Assembly: GCA_009903795.1 (NCBI GenBank)
Contig: WYER01000005.1
Location: forward strand, 21,659 to 85,658
Reading direction: 5' to 3'
Source: Nitrososphaerota archaeon
GTDB lineage: Archaea; Thermoproteota; Nitrososphaeria; Conexivisphaerales; UBA164
Length of the DNA: 64,000 nucleotides
Below the pieces are notes generated by a model, which had not been told where the DNA came from, searched no databases, and saw nothing but the letters and a program-made list of their open reading frames with translations. The translations under genes were made by a program, and so were the position numbers. Position 1 is the first letter of the stretch. The number at the start of each line of letters is the position of its first letter. Positions 1-8,864 of the stretch are shown here, piece after piece.

Positions 1-993
1 CCATCCTAGGCCTTCTACCATTAGGTCGAACCCCGGCCCACTGGTTGCAGCAGCAACTCTGGTCCCTGTAAGTGAAGCCCCTATAGCCGCGTTTACAGCA
101 GCAAGCTCATCTTCGAGCTGAAATACCGTAAGAGATCCAATTCCTGCTTCTCCGAGCCTTTCATGCTCCTCTAGAGTAAAACTTTCGTCTGCGGCAGGAG
201 TAATAGGATAGTAAGTCTGCATCCTTAGCCCTCCAACAACTTTGCCCATTGCCACTATGTCATTACCGCTAACTATCATCAACCTTCCAAAGTTTCCTCG
301 TGGAGGGTCTAACTTAAGTGGGCTACCAAAGTTAGAAGAAACTATCTCAGAAACAATTTCAGAGAAAGTCAGATTGTGCTCAAGTACAGGGCCACTCTTA
401 AACCTCCTTGTCAGCCCGTACTTTACGGCTTCAGGATCAATTCCGACCAGGGCAGCCGAAGCGCCTATTATTATCGTTGAAATATACCTAGATGCTTGAG
501 CAGCAACTATGTTTGTCTTTTTTTGAAGCTCTGAAAGAAGGTCCCTGTAACTAAGTCCAACTACATTAACGCCGTTATCTTTAAGGTAATTAACAAGGCT
601 CCCTAAGTCCTGTTCAATGTTAAGTTTCTTTAAAATTTTTAGTATTTTTTCTCCAACTTCTGGCTCAACGCTCGGAATCTGAGAAAGCCTCGTAGAATTA
701 AGGTCAGAATTGTATATCACGTATGCGCCTGAATCCAGGTCTGTAAAATGTGTAAAAACGCTTTCAGCATCCATAGCCCCAAGAAGCTTAACAGGGTACT
801 GGAGGTCTTTCGGAAGCTCCTCGCTGTCGGCTTTAGCGTGTATGTAGCTATGCCTACCTACTATGTTTGAATAGTACTCTCTGTCTGATATAACTCCGTA
901 ACCTGATTTCGCAAAAGCCCATGAAAGAACCTGTGAAGAGGTTTCTAGTCCCCCACCTTGGGGACCTCCTAGTAGATAGTTAAGGCTCTTCAT
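1..993 (-). CDS. 2-oxoacid:ferredoxin oxidoreductase alpha subunit (fused gamma-alpha type), N-terminal ~330 codons; the 3' end lies outside the window
   Basis: Hand translation of the minus strand from the ATG at 993-991 gives MKSLNYLLGGPQGGGLETSSQVLSWAFAKSGYGVISDREYYSNIVGRHSYI. The frame stays open to position 1 and passes in frame through VVGGLRMQTYYPITPAADES at 240-181. The start overlaps the stop of the upstream ORF (ATGA). It is absent from the ORF track because it is open-ended. Confidence 0.8.
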   Translation of the reverse strand, partial: MKSLNYLLGGPQGGGLETSSQVLSWAFAKSGYGVISDREYYSNIVGRHSYIHAKADSEELPKDLQYPVKLLGAMDAESVFTHFTDLDSGAYVIYNSDLNSTRLSQIPSVEPEVGEKILKILKKLNIEQDLGSLVNYLKDNGVNVVGLSYRDLLSELQKKTNIVAAQASRYISTIIIGASAALVGIDPEAVKYGLTRRFKSGPVLEHNLTFSEIVSEIVSSNFGSPLKLDPPRGNFGRLMIVSGNDIVAMGKVVGGLRMQTYYPITPAADESFTLEEHERLGEAGIGSLTVFQLEDELAAVNAAIGASLTGTRVAAATSGPGFDLMVEGLGW

Positions 994-1307
994 CAATCTC
1001 CACCAGGAGATTCGTAAATAGCTACTTCATCTTCCAAAAATTTTTGAGTTAAGCTGTGCCCTAGGCTAATGTGTTTGTCAAGCTCGTTCCTATCAAAAAG
1101 CACGCTGCCGCACTCGATGCAGTATGCCCATCCATAGTTTTCAAAGAGCTTTTCAGTTTCCTCTTTAACAATACTGATAGCGTCTTTACAGCTTTCTTCA
1201 GGGAAGACAACAGAACCTTTTTTCTCGCAATATCCAATAAAGTCGTAGATTGGGTGTTGTCTATAATAAGCGCAGTTTATACATTTCATTAATACTTTTT
1301 CATGCAC
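993..1307 (-). CDS. small cysteine-rich (zinc-ribbon-like) protein of unknown function, translationally coupled to the OFOR gene
   Basis: 104-aa ORF with CINC..C..C and CIEC cysteine pairs. It has a 4-nt ATGA overlap with the downstream gene. Confidence 0.45.
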   Translation of the reverse strand: MHEKVLMKCINCAYYRQHPIYDFIGYCEKKGSVVFPEESCKDAISIVKEETEKLFENYGWAYCIECGSVLFDRNELDKHISLGHSLTQKFLEDEVAIYESPGGD

Positions 1308-1345
1308 AATAAGAATATAAACTTTAGTATTAATTTTTTAATTTT

Positions 1346-2734
1346 TTGTATACAAAATTCATAAAATTATATCTTTCACAAGGTTTAAATAACGTAAAGG
1401 GCATCAAAAAATATATGAATGACAGGCGTGTCATAGATCTTCTGAGAAAGGCAAAAACAATGAACATATCCGTCTGTGATGATCAGGGTCCATGGGGAAT
1501 AAAAGTTTATTATGCTATGCATGATGGGTTTATATTTCTTCTTGAAAATGAAGGCAGAACACTAAAAGCGGTTCAGAAAAACCCAATTGTTTCTTTTTCA
1601 ATAGATCTGAACAAGCCAGACCTTTTTGTCCAGGGAGAAGGGAAAATTGAGATTCTTGGCGATCCAACAAAGCTCGAAAGAGAAAGGGGAGTTTTGCTTT
1701 CTAAGGTTCCTGAAGACATTCTTTTTATAAACATGGGAAACGTGGTTCTTGTTAGGCTTGTTCCAGAAAGGATAAGGGTTACGGACATGAGCGATGAGCC
1801 AAAAAAGTACTACGCTGATTTTAACCTTGAAGAGCTGAATGAAAAAGAGCCGGTTAAGCTGTTAAGAGCTTTAAGGCCATGGAGCTTTCAGATGAGCGTT
1901 TCTGCGATGATACTTGGCGTTCTTCTAGCGAGAAAGATAGTTGTTCCATTATTTTTGCTTGCCATCTTGGGTATAATAATGGTTCACGGCGCCTTTAACG
2001 CGTTAAGCGATTATTTTGATTACATAAACAAAGTAGACCTGCCTAACGGAATGGGTTCAGCAGGTTCAAGGGTTCTTATTGATGGGCTTGTGAAGCCAAG
2101 GTTCCAGCTAGCTTATTCTTTATTTCTGCTTACAGCGTCGCTCATAATAGGAGTTTATCTGGCTTCAGCAAGGGCTTCAATAATTCCCTTTATAATATTG
2201 GGGCTTGTTGCAGGACTTATGTACGGTATTCCCAAAGTTGGGCTTAAGTGGTTAGCGCTTGGAGACCTTGGGGTAATGTTAGCATTTGGGCCGGGCATTG
2301 TCCTTGGCACAGAATCCCTTATGGGAGCTAAGATAAGCATGGCAAGCGTCCTTGTATCGGTAGCAATAGGTATGGTCATAGTTGCTGTCCTTCACGCAAA
2401 CAACTGGAGAGACATGGAAGATGACAAGAGGGCTGGTATAAAGACTGTTGCCATTTTGCTTGGAGAAAAAGGGTCAAAGGCATATTATATTGCGCTTATA
2501 TGGCTTAGCTACGCGCTTTTTGCGTTAGCTGTTTTTCTGGACAGAACCTACTGGCCAATACTTGGGTCTTTCCTTACCATTCCCTGGGCTTACAGGCTTA
2601 CAAAGATAGCGATGAACCCAAAAAGCTGGAAAAGAAAGATACTGGACCAGCAGACTGGCTTCTTTACGGCACTCCACATGTACTTTTCTATAGCTTTCAT
2701 GTTATTTGCTTTAATAGTCTTATATGTCGTTTGA
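1346..2734 (+). CDS. fusion protein: N-terminal PNPOx-like FMN-binding split-barrel domain plus C-terminal UbiA/MenA-type polyprenyltransferase
   Basis: The C-terminal half has NALSDYFDYINKVD, YGIPKVGLKWLALGDLGVMLAFGPGIVLG and NNWRDMEDDKRAGIKT, which match MenA-type Asp-rich motifs. The N-terminal ~150 aa are soluble (VIDLLRKAKTMNISVCDDQGPWGIKVYY..VRLVPERIRV). The real start is probably the internal Met at MNDRRV. Confidence 0.7.
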   Translation: MYTKFIKLYLSQGLNNVKGIKKYMNDRRVIDLLRKAKTMNISVCDDQGPWGIKVYYAMHDGFIFLLENEGRTLKAVQKNPIVSFSIDLNKPDLFVQGEGKIEILGDPTKLERERGVLLSKVPEDILFINMGNVVLVRLVPERIRVTDMSDEPKKYYADFNLEELNEKEPVKLLRALRPWSFQMSVSAMILGVLLARKIVVPLFLLAILGIIMVHGAFNALSDYFDYINKVDLPNGMGSAGSRVLIDGLVKPRFQLAYSLFLLTASLIIGVYLASARASIIPFIILGLVAGLMYGIPKVGLKWLALGDLGVMLAFGPGIVLGTESLMGAKISMASVLVSVAIGMVIVAVLHANNWRDMEDDKRAGIKTVAILLGEKGSKAYYIALIWLSYALFALAVFLDRTYWPILGSFLTIPWAYRLTKIAMNPKSWKRKILDQQTGFFTALHMYFSIAFMLFALIVLYVV

Positions 2735-2768
2735 ATTTTGATATATGGCCTAACGGCAATCTTATTGA

Positions 2769-2809
2769 TAAAGTGAACAAGAAACCTAGCCCATTCTAGG
2801 TAAGGTCAG
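2769..2809 (+). repeat. miniature IS200/IS605-type end element (left-end hairpin fused to right-end tip)
   Basis: The sequence taaagtgaacaagaaacctagcccattctaggtaaggtcag has the same architecture as the copies at 39704 and 42780, and ttga precedes it as at 39704. It overlaps the stop of the 2806..3651 ORF. Confidence 0.45.
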
Positions 2810-3651
2810 CATAATAAAGAAATCGCTGAAAAATATAAAAGGTAAAGCAAATCAGTCCACGTTTTTAGTCTGTGTCTTGATGTGTAAACTGAAACCAGTA
2901 GGGCAACAGGAATAAGAAGCGCTGCTTTAAGAAGATTCAAAGCTGTTAAGGATGAAAGTACCAGCAGAAGAGCGTGAACGTAAGGGTAAAACCTTTTTCT
3001 TCTGGAGCCTTTTACTTCTTCCACTATATGATGAGAATACCTTATGGAAGACGCTATAAGGCCAAAACCTAGAGAAGGCATAATTACGCTGTTCAAAGAA
3101 ACTCCTCCGAGAGCTGTATAAGACCCCAAAACCAGAATAGGTCCAAAGTCAAAAAAAGTCGAAACTTCGCCCACTCCCCTTTTGTAAAGTTCAAGAGGCT
3201 TCTTTAGGTAAGCGTACATCAAAACTATTCCTGCTAACCCATAAAGCAGCAGTACAAGCATACGGGTAAATACAAGCACAACAACAGCTATGATGAACAT
3301 AACTGCAAGCGAGGCTTTTCTTATTATATTAAGATGATTTTGTTTGAAAAGTATCACATGGCAAGGTCCTACACTTAATAATGGTTCGCTTTCAAAACAT
3401 TTCATACCCCTTTTATTATCTTCTAAATCCATCTCGATGTTCATTGAAAGCTGAGAAGCTAAGGCGAAAATGACTATTAAGGAAAAAAGAAAAGGGTTTT
3501 CGAATCCAGTTTTAATCCACGCATAAATTACAGGGATTATCGAAACAAGGTAAAGCGGCACCTTGATCATAGAAGCACTGTTCATGCTTGAAAATATCGT
3601 ATTAAGCATTTTATAATCATGCTTAAAAACTTTCAGCTTTTGTACTAACAA
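2806..3651 (-). CDS. divergent UbiA/MenA-family polytopic membrane protein
   Basis: NIEMDLEDNKRG resembles the first Asp-rich motif, and YAYLKKPLELYKRGVGEVSTFFDFGPILVLGSY resembles the MenA GLGE..FG..G core. The position of the last Asp-rich motif reads YSHHIVEEVKGS, so it is not conserved. Confidence 0.5.
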   Translation of the reverse strand: MLVQKLKVFKHDYKMLNTIFSSMNSASMIKVPLYLVSIIPVIYAWIKTGFENPFLFSLIVIFALASQLSMNIEMDLEDNKRGMKCFESEPLLSVGPCHVILFKQNHLNIIRKASLAVMFIIAVVVLVFTRMLVLLLYGLAGIVLMYAYLKKPLELYKRGVGEVSTFFDFGPILVLGSYTALGGVSLNSVIMPSLGFGLIASSIRYSHHIVEEVKGSRRKRFYPYVHALLLVLSSLTALNLLKAALLIPVALLVSVYTSRHRLKTWTDLLYLLYFSAISLLC

Positions 3652-3703
3652 ACCATAAACAAAGCGAAAAAGTATTAAATCACAAAATTTGATGTTATTA
3701 TAA

Positions 3704-3778
3704 AGCCGGGGTAGCTCAGCTGGTTAGAGCGCCAGACTCATAATCTGGAGGTCGAGGGTTCAAAGCCCTCCCCCGGCA
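3704..3778 (+). tRNA. tRNA with CAU anticodon (elongator Met, or Ile2 if the C34 is modified)
   Basis: Cloverleaf by hand: GCCGGGG/TA/GCTC-AGCTGGTTA-GAGC/G/CCAGA-CTCATAA-TCTGG/AGGTC/GAGGG-TTCAAAG-CCCTC/CCCCGGC/A. The anticodon is at 3739-3741. Confidence 0.9.
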
Positions 3779-3879
3779 AATAAACTTTTCGTTTATGTGC
3801 CTACATACTAACAACTTTAAGTAAACACTGAATGGGCGGTTGCCAAAATGATGCTGTCTGACCGTTTAGGCCAAAAATG
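3775..3879 (+). repeat. arm A of a ~100-bp inverted repeat that starts in the last nucleotides of tRNA-Met
   Basis: ggcaaataaacttttcgtttatgtgcctacatactaacaactttaagtaaacactgaatgggcggttgccaaaatgatgctgtctgaccgtttaggccaaaaatg matches the reverse complement of 6141..6244, apart from a few substitutions and small indels. Confidence 0.8.
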
Positions 3880-4035
3880 AACTGGGCTTCTTTATCAACG
3901 AATTTTTTATAAGCCAAGGACAAGCTATTCTGTCCACCATCGCTTCTTTCCTTGTAACCAATTTCATAATTTTATTTATGCAATTCCTATTATAAATATA
4001 AATATATTTATAAAACAAAAAACTAGAATAAAATC

Positions 4036-5217
4036 ATGAAAACTGACGTAGCAGTTATAGGCGCAGGTGCTACAGGTCTTTTTACGGCACTTGACCTAAG
4101 CCTCAGAGGCATAAAAGTAACAGTAATAGACAGGTCAGGTTTGATCAGCGGTACTTCAGGCAGGATGCATGGGCTTCTTCACAGTGGCGCAAGGTATGTG
4201 ACAAACGATATGACATCTGCAAAACAATGCATTAAAGAAAACATAATATTGAGCAGAATAGCTCCGCATGCTATATTTGATACTAAAGGCCTTTTTGTTG
4301 CAATAAAAGGTGATGATGAGTCTTTTATAGACAAGTTTGTTAAAGGGCTAAATGAGGCAGAAATACCCTACAGCGAAGTCAGTAATCCGTTGCAACTTGA
4401 ACCAAACCTTAGCACAGAAGTTGAGTACGCTGTACAGGTTCCTGACAAAGTTGTTGATCCGTTCAAACTTTTTGCGGGCGTTGCTTATGCAGCAAAACAG
4501 AAGGGCGCAAAATTTTTGCTTTATGAAAAGGTTAAAGGAATTATTGGTTCAAAAGTAATAACCGAAAAAAGGGAAATTGAGTCAAGACTTATAATAAACG
4601 CCGCAGGGCCATGGGCTCCACAAATATCTGCTATGCACAGTAAAGAAAGCAAGGTTGTGGAGCTAATGCCAACCATAGGTGTTATGCTAGTGTTTGAAAA
4701 AAGGCTTAACAGCATGGTTTTGAACCGGTTAAGGCCTCCTTCAGACGGCGACATTATTGTCCCTTATTACGAAACTAGCATTCTAGGCACAACAGCTCAG
4801 GTTGTTGAAGATCCCGATAATGTCCAGGTAGAAAATGAGGATATTCAGTATTTAATAGAAGAAGGGAGCGCTATGGTTCCTAAGCTTTCTGAGCTAAAAC
4901 CAAAAAGATATTATTACTCTGTTAGGCCTTTATTAAAGGGGTCCGATGCAAGGTCAGCTACCAGGGATTTTGAGATTTATGATGAAGGCGACATGCTTAC
5001 GATAGTGGGCGGAAAGCTTACTACTTCAAGACTTATGGCAGAAAAGCTATCTGATGTGGCTAGCGAAAAGCTTGGAGTTAAATCAAAGAGCACGACGTCA
5101 ACAACGCCTATACCCGATGCTCTTTCGATGTATGCTTTAAGAAATACAATAGGAGATGAATTATACAGCAACGGTTATGCTTTTTCTAGATTAGAGGAGG
5201 CGCTCCAAAATGATTGA
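4036..5217 (+). CDS. FAD-dependent glycerol-3-phosphate dehydrogenase-like oxidoreductase (GlpA/GlpD family)
   Basis: N-terminal dinucleotide fold DVAVIGAGATGLFTALDLSLRGIKVTVIDR, followed by SGTSGRMHGLLHSGARY and NAAGPWA. Confidence 0.75.
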   Translation: MKTDVAVIGAGATGLFTALDLSLRGIKVTVIDRSGLISGTSGRMHGLLHSGARYVTNDMTSAKQCIKENIILSRIAPHAIFDTKGLFVAIKGDDESFIDKFVKGLNEAEIPYSEVSNPLQLEPNLSTEVEYAVQVPDKVVDPFKLFAGVAYAAKQKGAKFLLYEKVKGIIGSKVITEKREIESRLIINAAGPWAPQISAMHSKESKVVELMPTIGVMLVFEKRLNSMVLNRLRPPSDGDIIVPYYETSILGTTAQVVEDPDNVQVENEDIQYLIEEGSAMVPKLSELKPKRYYYSVRPLLKGSDARSATRDFEIYDEGDMLTIVGGKLTTSRLMAEKLSDVASEKLGVKSKSTTSTTPIPDALSMYALRNTIGDELYSNGYAFSRLEEALQND

Positions 5218-5650
5218 ACTTAGCGGACAAAACGAAGTAAAAAGACCAAACCTTCTTTTGTTCCTTAAAGACCCTTCTTCTTTCAGCAAATGCATACCAA
5301 ACCTTGAAAGTCTTGAAATAAAATCGCCTACTGAGTTTACTGCAAAGTTTAAGGTTGAAGTTCCTGAGGAGTTTGGTATAAGCTATCTAAAAAACATAGG
5401 GATTAAAATGAACTTTGTAATTTCTTCACAGAACAATACAGTAGGCATGCATGGCGAAGGGAGATCCATGGGCTTAAAAGTTAAGATAGACATAACGATA
5501 GAAGTTGTTGAATATGAAGGTTATTCTGTTATGAAATGGAAGGCTAATGTGGACATAGGGATGTTTGAGCGCATGCTTGGGAAAGAAAACATAGACAAGC
5601 TCTCTAATGATATAATATCCAAGATTGTAGCATGCGTAAGTTCTTCTTAA
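5210..5650 (+). CDS. small SRPBCC/CoxG-like protein
   Basis: 146 aa, with an 8-nt overlap on the upstream dehydrogenase gene. The beta-rich pattern is CoxG-like. The call is weak. Confidence 0.4.
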   Translation: MIELSGQNEVKRPNLLLFLKDPSSFSKCIPNLESLEIKSPTEFTAKFKVEVPEEFGISYLKNIGIKMNFVISSQNNTVGMHGEGRSMGLKVKIDITIEVVEYEGYSVMKWKANVDIGMFERMLGKENIDKLSNDIISKIVACVSSS

Positions 5651-5758
5651 ACTACCCTTCCTTCTCGCCCTAGAAAGTAGGTTTGTTGTCTTTATTATTA
5701 AAGAATTAAATCATTAATTATTTGTTTTAACCTTTTCTACATTCTTTTGAAAGCCTGT

Positions 5759-5955
5759 TTATTTTTTGGTTTTCAGCTCTAATTTAAGGTCCCCCAAAGC
5801 CCTGTCTCCTGCATCCCCAAGGCCAGGAACTATGTAACCGTCTTCATTTACCCTAGGATCAACAGCCACTGCGTATATTTCTGCATTATTATCTTCTCTG
5901 TGAACCCTATCTATACCATAGTTAGTTGCAATAACTGATGCTATGATCTTTCTTT
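5759..5955 (-). pseudogene. upp: uracil phosphoribosyltransferase, C-terminal ~65-codon fragment only
   Basis: Hand translation gives [63 protein letters not shown]. This contains the Upp PGLGDAGDR signature. The upstream part of the gene is replaced by an IS end. Confidence 0.75.
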
Positions 5956-5959
5956 TTGG

Positions 5960-6037
5960 GTTTCCTTTTGCGGCTGTCTTTTGGGTTCATAAACAAGGAA
6001 TTAACAGCCGCACTATAAATAATTATTCAACACAACA
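5960..6037 (-). mobile_element. solo terminal fragment (~80 nt of the left end) of the IS present in full at 12704..13756
   Basis: gcggctgtcttttgggttcataaacaaggaattaacagccgcactataaataattattcaacacaaca aligns to the reverse complement of 12704..12780. Confidence 0.75.
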
Positions 6038-6140
6038 TCTTTTTTCAGTACTCCCGTATGGTACGCCAATAGACACATGTAACCTCTTTGATGTAAGCCT
6101 TACGACGTTGTACCCAAAAAGCCAACAATTATTCCGCCCA

Positions 6141-6244
6141 ACCATTTTTTGCCTAAACAGTCAGCATCATTTTGGCAACCGCCTATTCAGTGTTTACCTA
6201 AAATTGTTAGTATGTAGGCACATAACCGTAAAGCTTATTTGCCC
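6141..6244 (-). repeat. arm B of the inverted repeat derived from the tRNA-Met 3' flank
   Basis: The reverse complement reads gggcaaataagctttacggttatgtgcctacatactaacaattttaggtaaacactgaataggcggttgccaaaatgatgctgactgtttaggcaaaaaatgg. Confidence 0.8.
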
Positions 6245-6391
6245 TTCCCCGGAAGGTTTATTTAGGGTTCAATGTATACCAGAAAATTAGCTTGCGAGGA
6301 AAATTTATTACAATAAACGTTTTAATAGCGTTTGATTGTTCAGGTTTTTTGCAAAATAAAACTTATTACAGCAAAAGCTATAATTTTATTT

Positions 6392-7926
6392 ATGGGGAAA
6401 TTATCTTCTCCTGAAGAAGCGCTGTCTACAGTTAAAGACGGCGCTGTTTTAGCGGTTTGAGGTTTTAATAATGCGTTAACTCCTGAATACCTGTCATAAA
6501 GCTGTTTGAACTGTGGAAAAAACAGGGCATCCAAAAACCTTTTCTTGGAGGCTGAAACTTTACCGGGAACGCCTGGCAGAGGACTTGATTTTATAGGCAG
6601 AGAGCTTATAGAATGGGCATCATCTCAGGATTTCTTAAGAGGCGTTCTTATACCGTATTTTGGCTTTACGCCAAGCTTTATGGAGTTTCTGAAAAAGAGC
6701 CAAGTTGAGATTTATTCATGGAGCATATGCATGACGTCTTACTGGTTCAGGGAAGTTGCCAACGGTCGGCCAGGTTTAATTTCAAGAGCAGGTTTGAGCA
6801 CGTTCTTTGATCCCAGGATGGAAGGGGGGTTTGTAAACGAGATAGCTAAACAAAAAAGAACTTGTAAGGTTGACTAGATAAAGCTTAACAGAGAAGAGTT
6901 TTTGATTTATTCAGCTCCCAAGCCTGACGTTTCTCTTATCAGGGGGACAACGGCTGATGATATTGGAAACATAACCATGGAAAAAGAAGGGATCTACGGA
7001 TCTGTGCTCGCTATAGCTCAGGCCGCAAAGGCTCAGCCAAAGCCAGGAATAACCATAGCTCAGGTTGAGAGAATAGCCAAGTTCGGTTCTCTGAACCCTC
7101 AGAGGGTGATTATTCCTGGGCCTCTTGTTGATGATGTGGTAAAGGCACCTCCAGAATACCACTGGCAGGGCGACACGATACAGTTTGATCCTAGGATATC
7201 TGGAACGATAGTGCCATCCTACTCTGAAGAGATACCGCCAGTAGAGTTAAGCTTCGAAAAGGTCATAGCCAGAAGAACCCTTTTAGAATTTGTTGAAGTA
7301 ATTAAAAGGCTAAAAAAGCCGCTCATAGCTAACGTCGGCGTTGGTATACCAGCGCTTATATCTAACATAATAAAAGAGGAAAAGCTTGAAGAATACATAT
7401 ACACAACGGTTGAGTCGGGCCCTGGGGAGGCGTGGCGCTTGGTGGCGCTGATTTTGGGCTATCCGTGGGCCCTTTTGCGATCATACCTATGCCGGATCAG
7501 TTTTCAGTGTACGAGGGAGGTATAGTTGATGTTGCTTCTTTAGGCTTTATGCAGATTGATTCTGAAGGAAACGTTAATCCATCGATTCTTCCTGAAAGGT
7601 TTACAGGACCGGGAGGTTTTCCGGTCATAGCGGCGGGTTCTCTGAGGGTTTACTTTGCAGGAGGCTTCACCGCGGGCAAAAGAGAAATAAAGGTTAAAGA
7701 TGGTAGGTTGAGGATTGTAGAGGAAGGGAGCATAAAGAAGTTTGTAAAAAAGGTTTACAAAGTTTTGTTTAGCGGGAAAGAGGTCCTTTACATAACTGAA
7801 AGGGCGGTCTTCAGGCTCACAGAAAATGGTATAGAACTGAAAGAATACGCTCCTGGGATAGACGTTGAAAAGGATATCATAAGTAAAATGGAATTTGAGC
7901 CAAAAACCAGTAGCGATCTAAAGTAG
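6392..7926 (+). pseudogene. acyl-CoA:acetate/3-ketoacid CoA-transferase (YdiF-like) carrying multiple stops and frameshifts
   Basis: The reading is MGKLSSPEEALSTVKDGAVLAV*GFNNALTPEYLS*, with the homology then continuing in another frame (IKLFELWKKQG). There is an in-frame TAG at 6875-6877 (..CKVD*IKLNREEFLIYSAPKPDVSLIRGTTAD) and a frameshift near 7420-7435 (TVESGP / ALGGADFGLSVGPFAIIPMPDQF). Confidence 0.75.
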
Positions 7927-8073
7927 ATGGATAAAAGGATTTTTGAACAAAAAAGCATGGAAATCTACAACGAAATAAAACAACTTCTTGGATGAGCTTA
8001 ACACGAAAATTTTTCCATAACTCATTAATCAAAAGATAAGGATAAAAATAATGTTTTTAAAAAAGCTGTAAGC

Positions 8074-8628
8074 ATGAAATGCGAAGACCTTTACAAAGTC
8101 GCTGAAGCGTGTATATGCCTTACTTTTTATGAGGAAGCTGCAATCCTTTATAAAAAATATATAGAAGAATGTAACGCAAAAGACCCTGCCGCTTGGCATG
8201 GTCTAGCAAATGCGCTCGAAGAAATTAAAGATGAAGCATACAAAGAAGCATATAAAAAAGCTTATGAACTTTATGATGAAAGCAGCTGGAGTTCTTGTCT
8301 CTGGAAAGGTTGGTGTGCTATGAAGCTTGGTAAGTACGAAGAAGCAGTAAGGCTCTTTGAAAAGTCCGTCAAATATAACGATAAATACCCGTACACTTTA
8401 CAGAGCTATGCTATAGCATTGATAAAGCTGGGAAGGAAAGATGATGCAGAGGAAGTTTTAAGGCGCTTTAAAGAAATAAGCAAAGAAATAAAATATGAGG
8501 AGAGGATCTGTGAGGGTTATGCTATGCTGCTGAGCGTTAAAAACTTTGAAGAGATCGATCACATATACAGGAAAGCTCAAGCTGTAGCAGAAAGGTGTAA
8601 CAAAAATACTTTGGACTATGCCCGTTAG
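8074..8628 (+). CDS. TPR-repeat protein
   Basis: 184 aa with repeated A/Y/W-rich 34-residue-like units (AAWHGLANALEEIKDEAYKEAYKKAYEL, WKGWCAMKLGKYEEAVRLFEKSVKYN). Confidence 0.55.
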   Translation: MKCEDLYKVAEACICLTFYEEAAILYKKYIEECNAKDPAAWHGLANALEEIKDEAYKEAYKKAYELYDESSWSSCLWKGWCAMKLGKYEEAVRLFEKSVKYNDKYPYTLQSYAIALIKLGRKDDAEEVLRRFKEISKEIKYEERICEGYAMLLSVKNFEEIDHIYRKAQAVAERCNKNTLDYAR

Positions 8629-8864
8629 GGCAATCTCCACCTCAAAGCGAAGATTCCCTACTTATCACTTAACCCATAGCTGAAGTTCAATTTGATGAAA
8701 TGGTTCTGTGAGGTCCGCTATAGATGGGTATGAATGGTCTGCTCTTTACATACAATTTTAATTCATATATCTACAAGCCCTAAAAATAATTTTTGAAAAA
8801 GGCATTCAAAAGGCTGCTATTGACAGGACCGCTTGCATTATTTTTGTCAAAAAATGGTGAGCCA

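Noticed and set aside
1071-1292. Many 60-150-aa track ORFs lie antisense to, or out of frame within, long well-supported genes. Examples are 1071..1292, 1573..1788, 2155..2379, 4521..4754, 9613..9810, 10045..10272, 20755..21039, 22439..22810, 23449..23889, 34500..35747, 46835..47296 and 60673..60993.
   Set aside because: They overlap CDSs that carry clear family motifs, have biased low-complexity composition and show no motifs of their own. I treat them as shadow ORFs.
5943-6290. The 115-aa ORF 5943..6290 (+) and ORF 6340..6534 (-).
   Set aside because: The first is stitched across an IS end and the inverted-repeat arm. The second is antisense to the 5' end of the CoA-transferase pseudogene.
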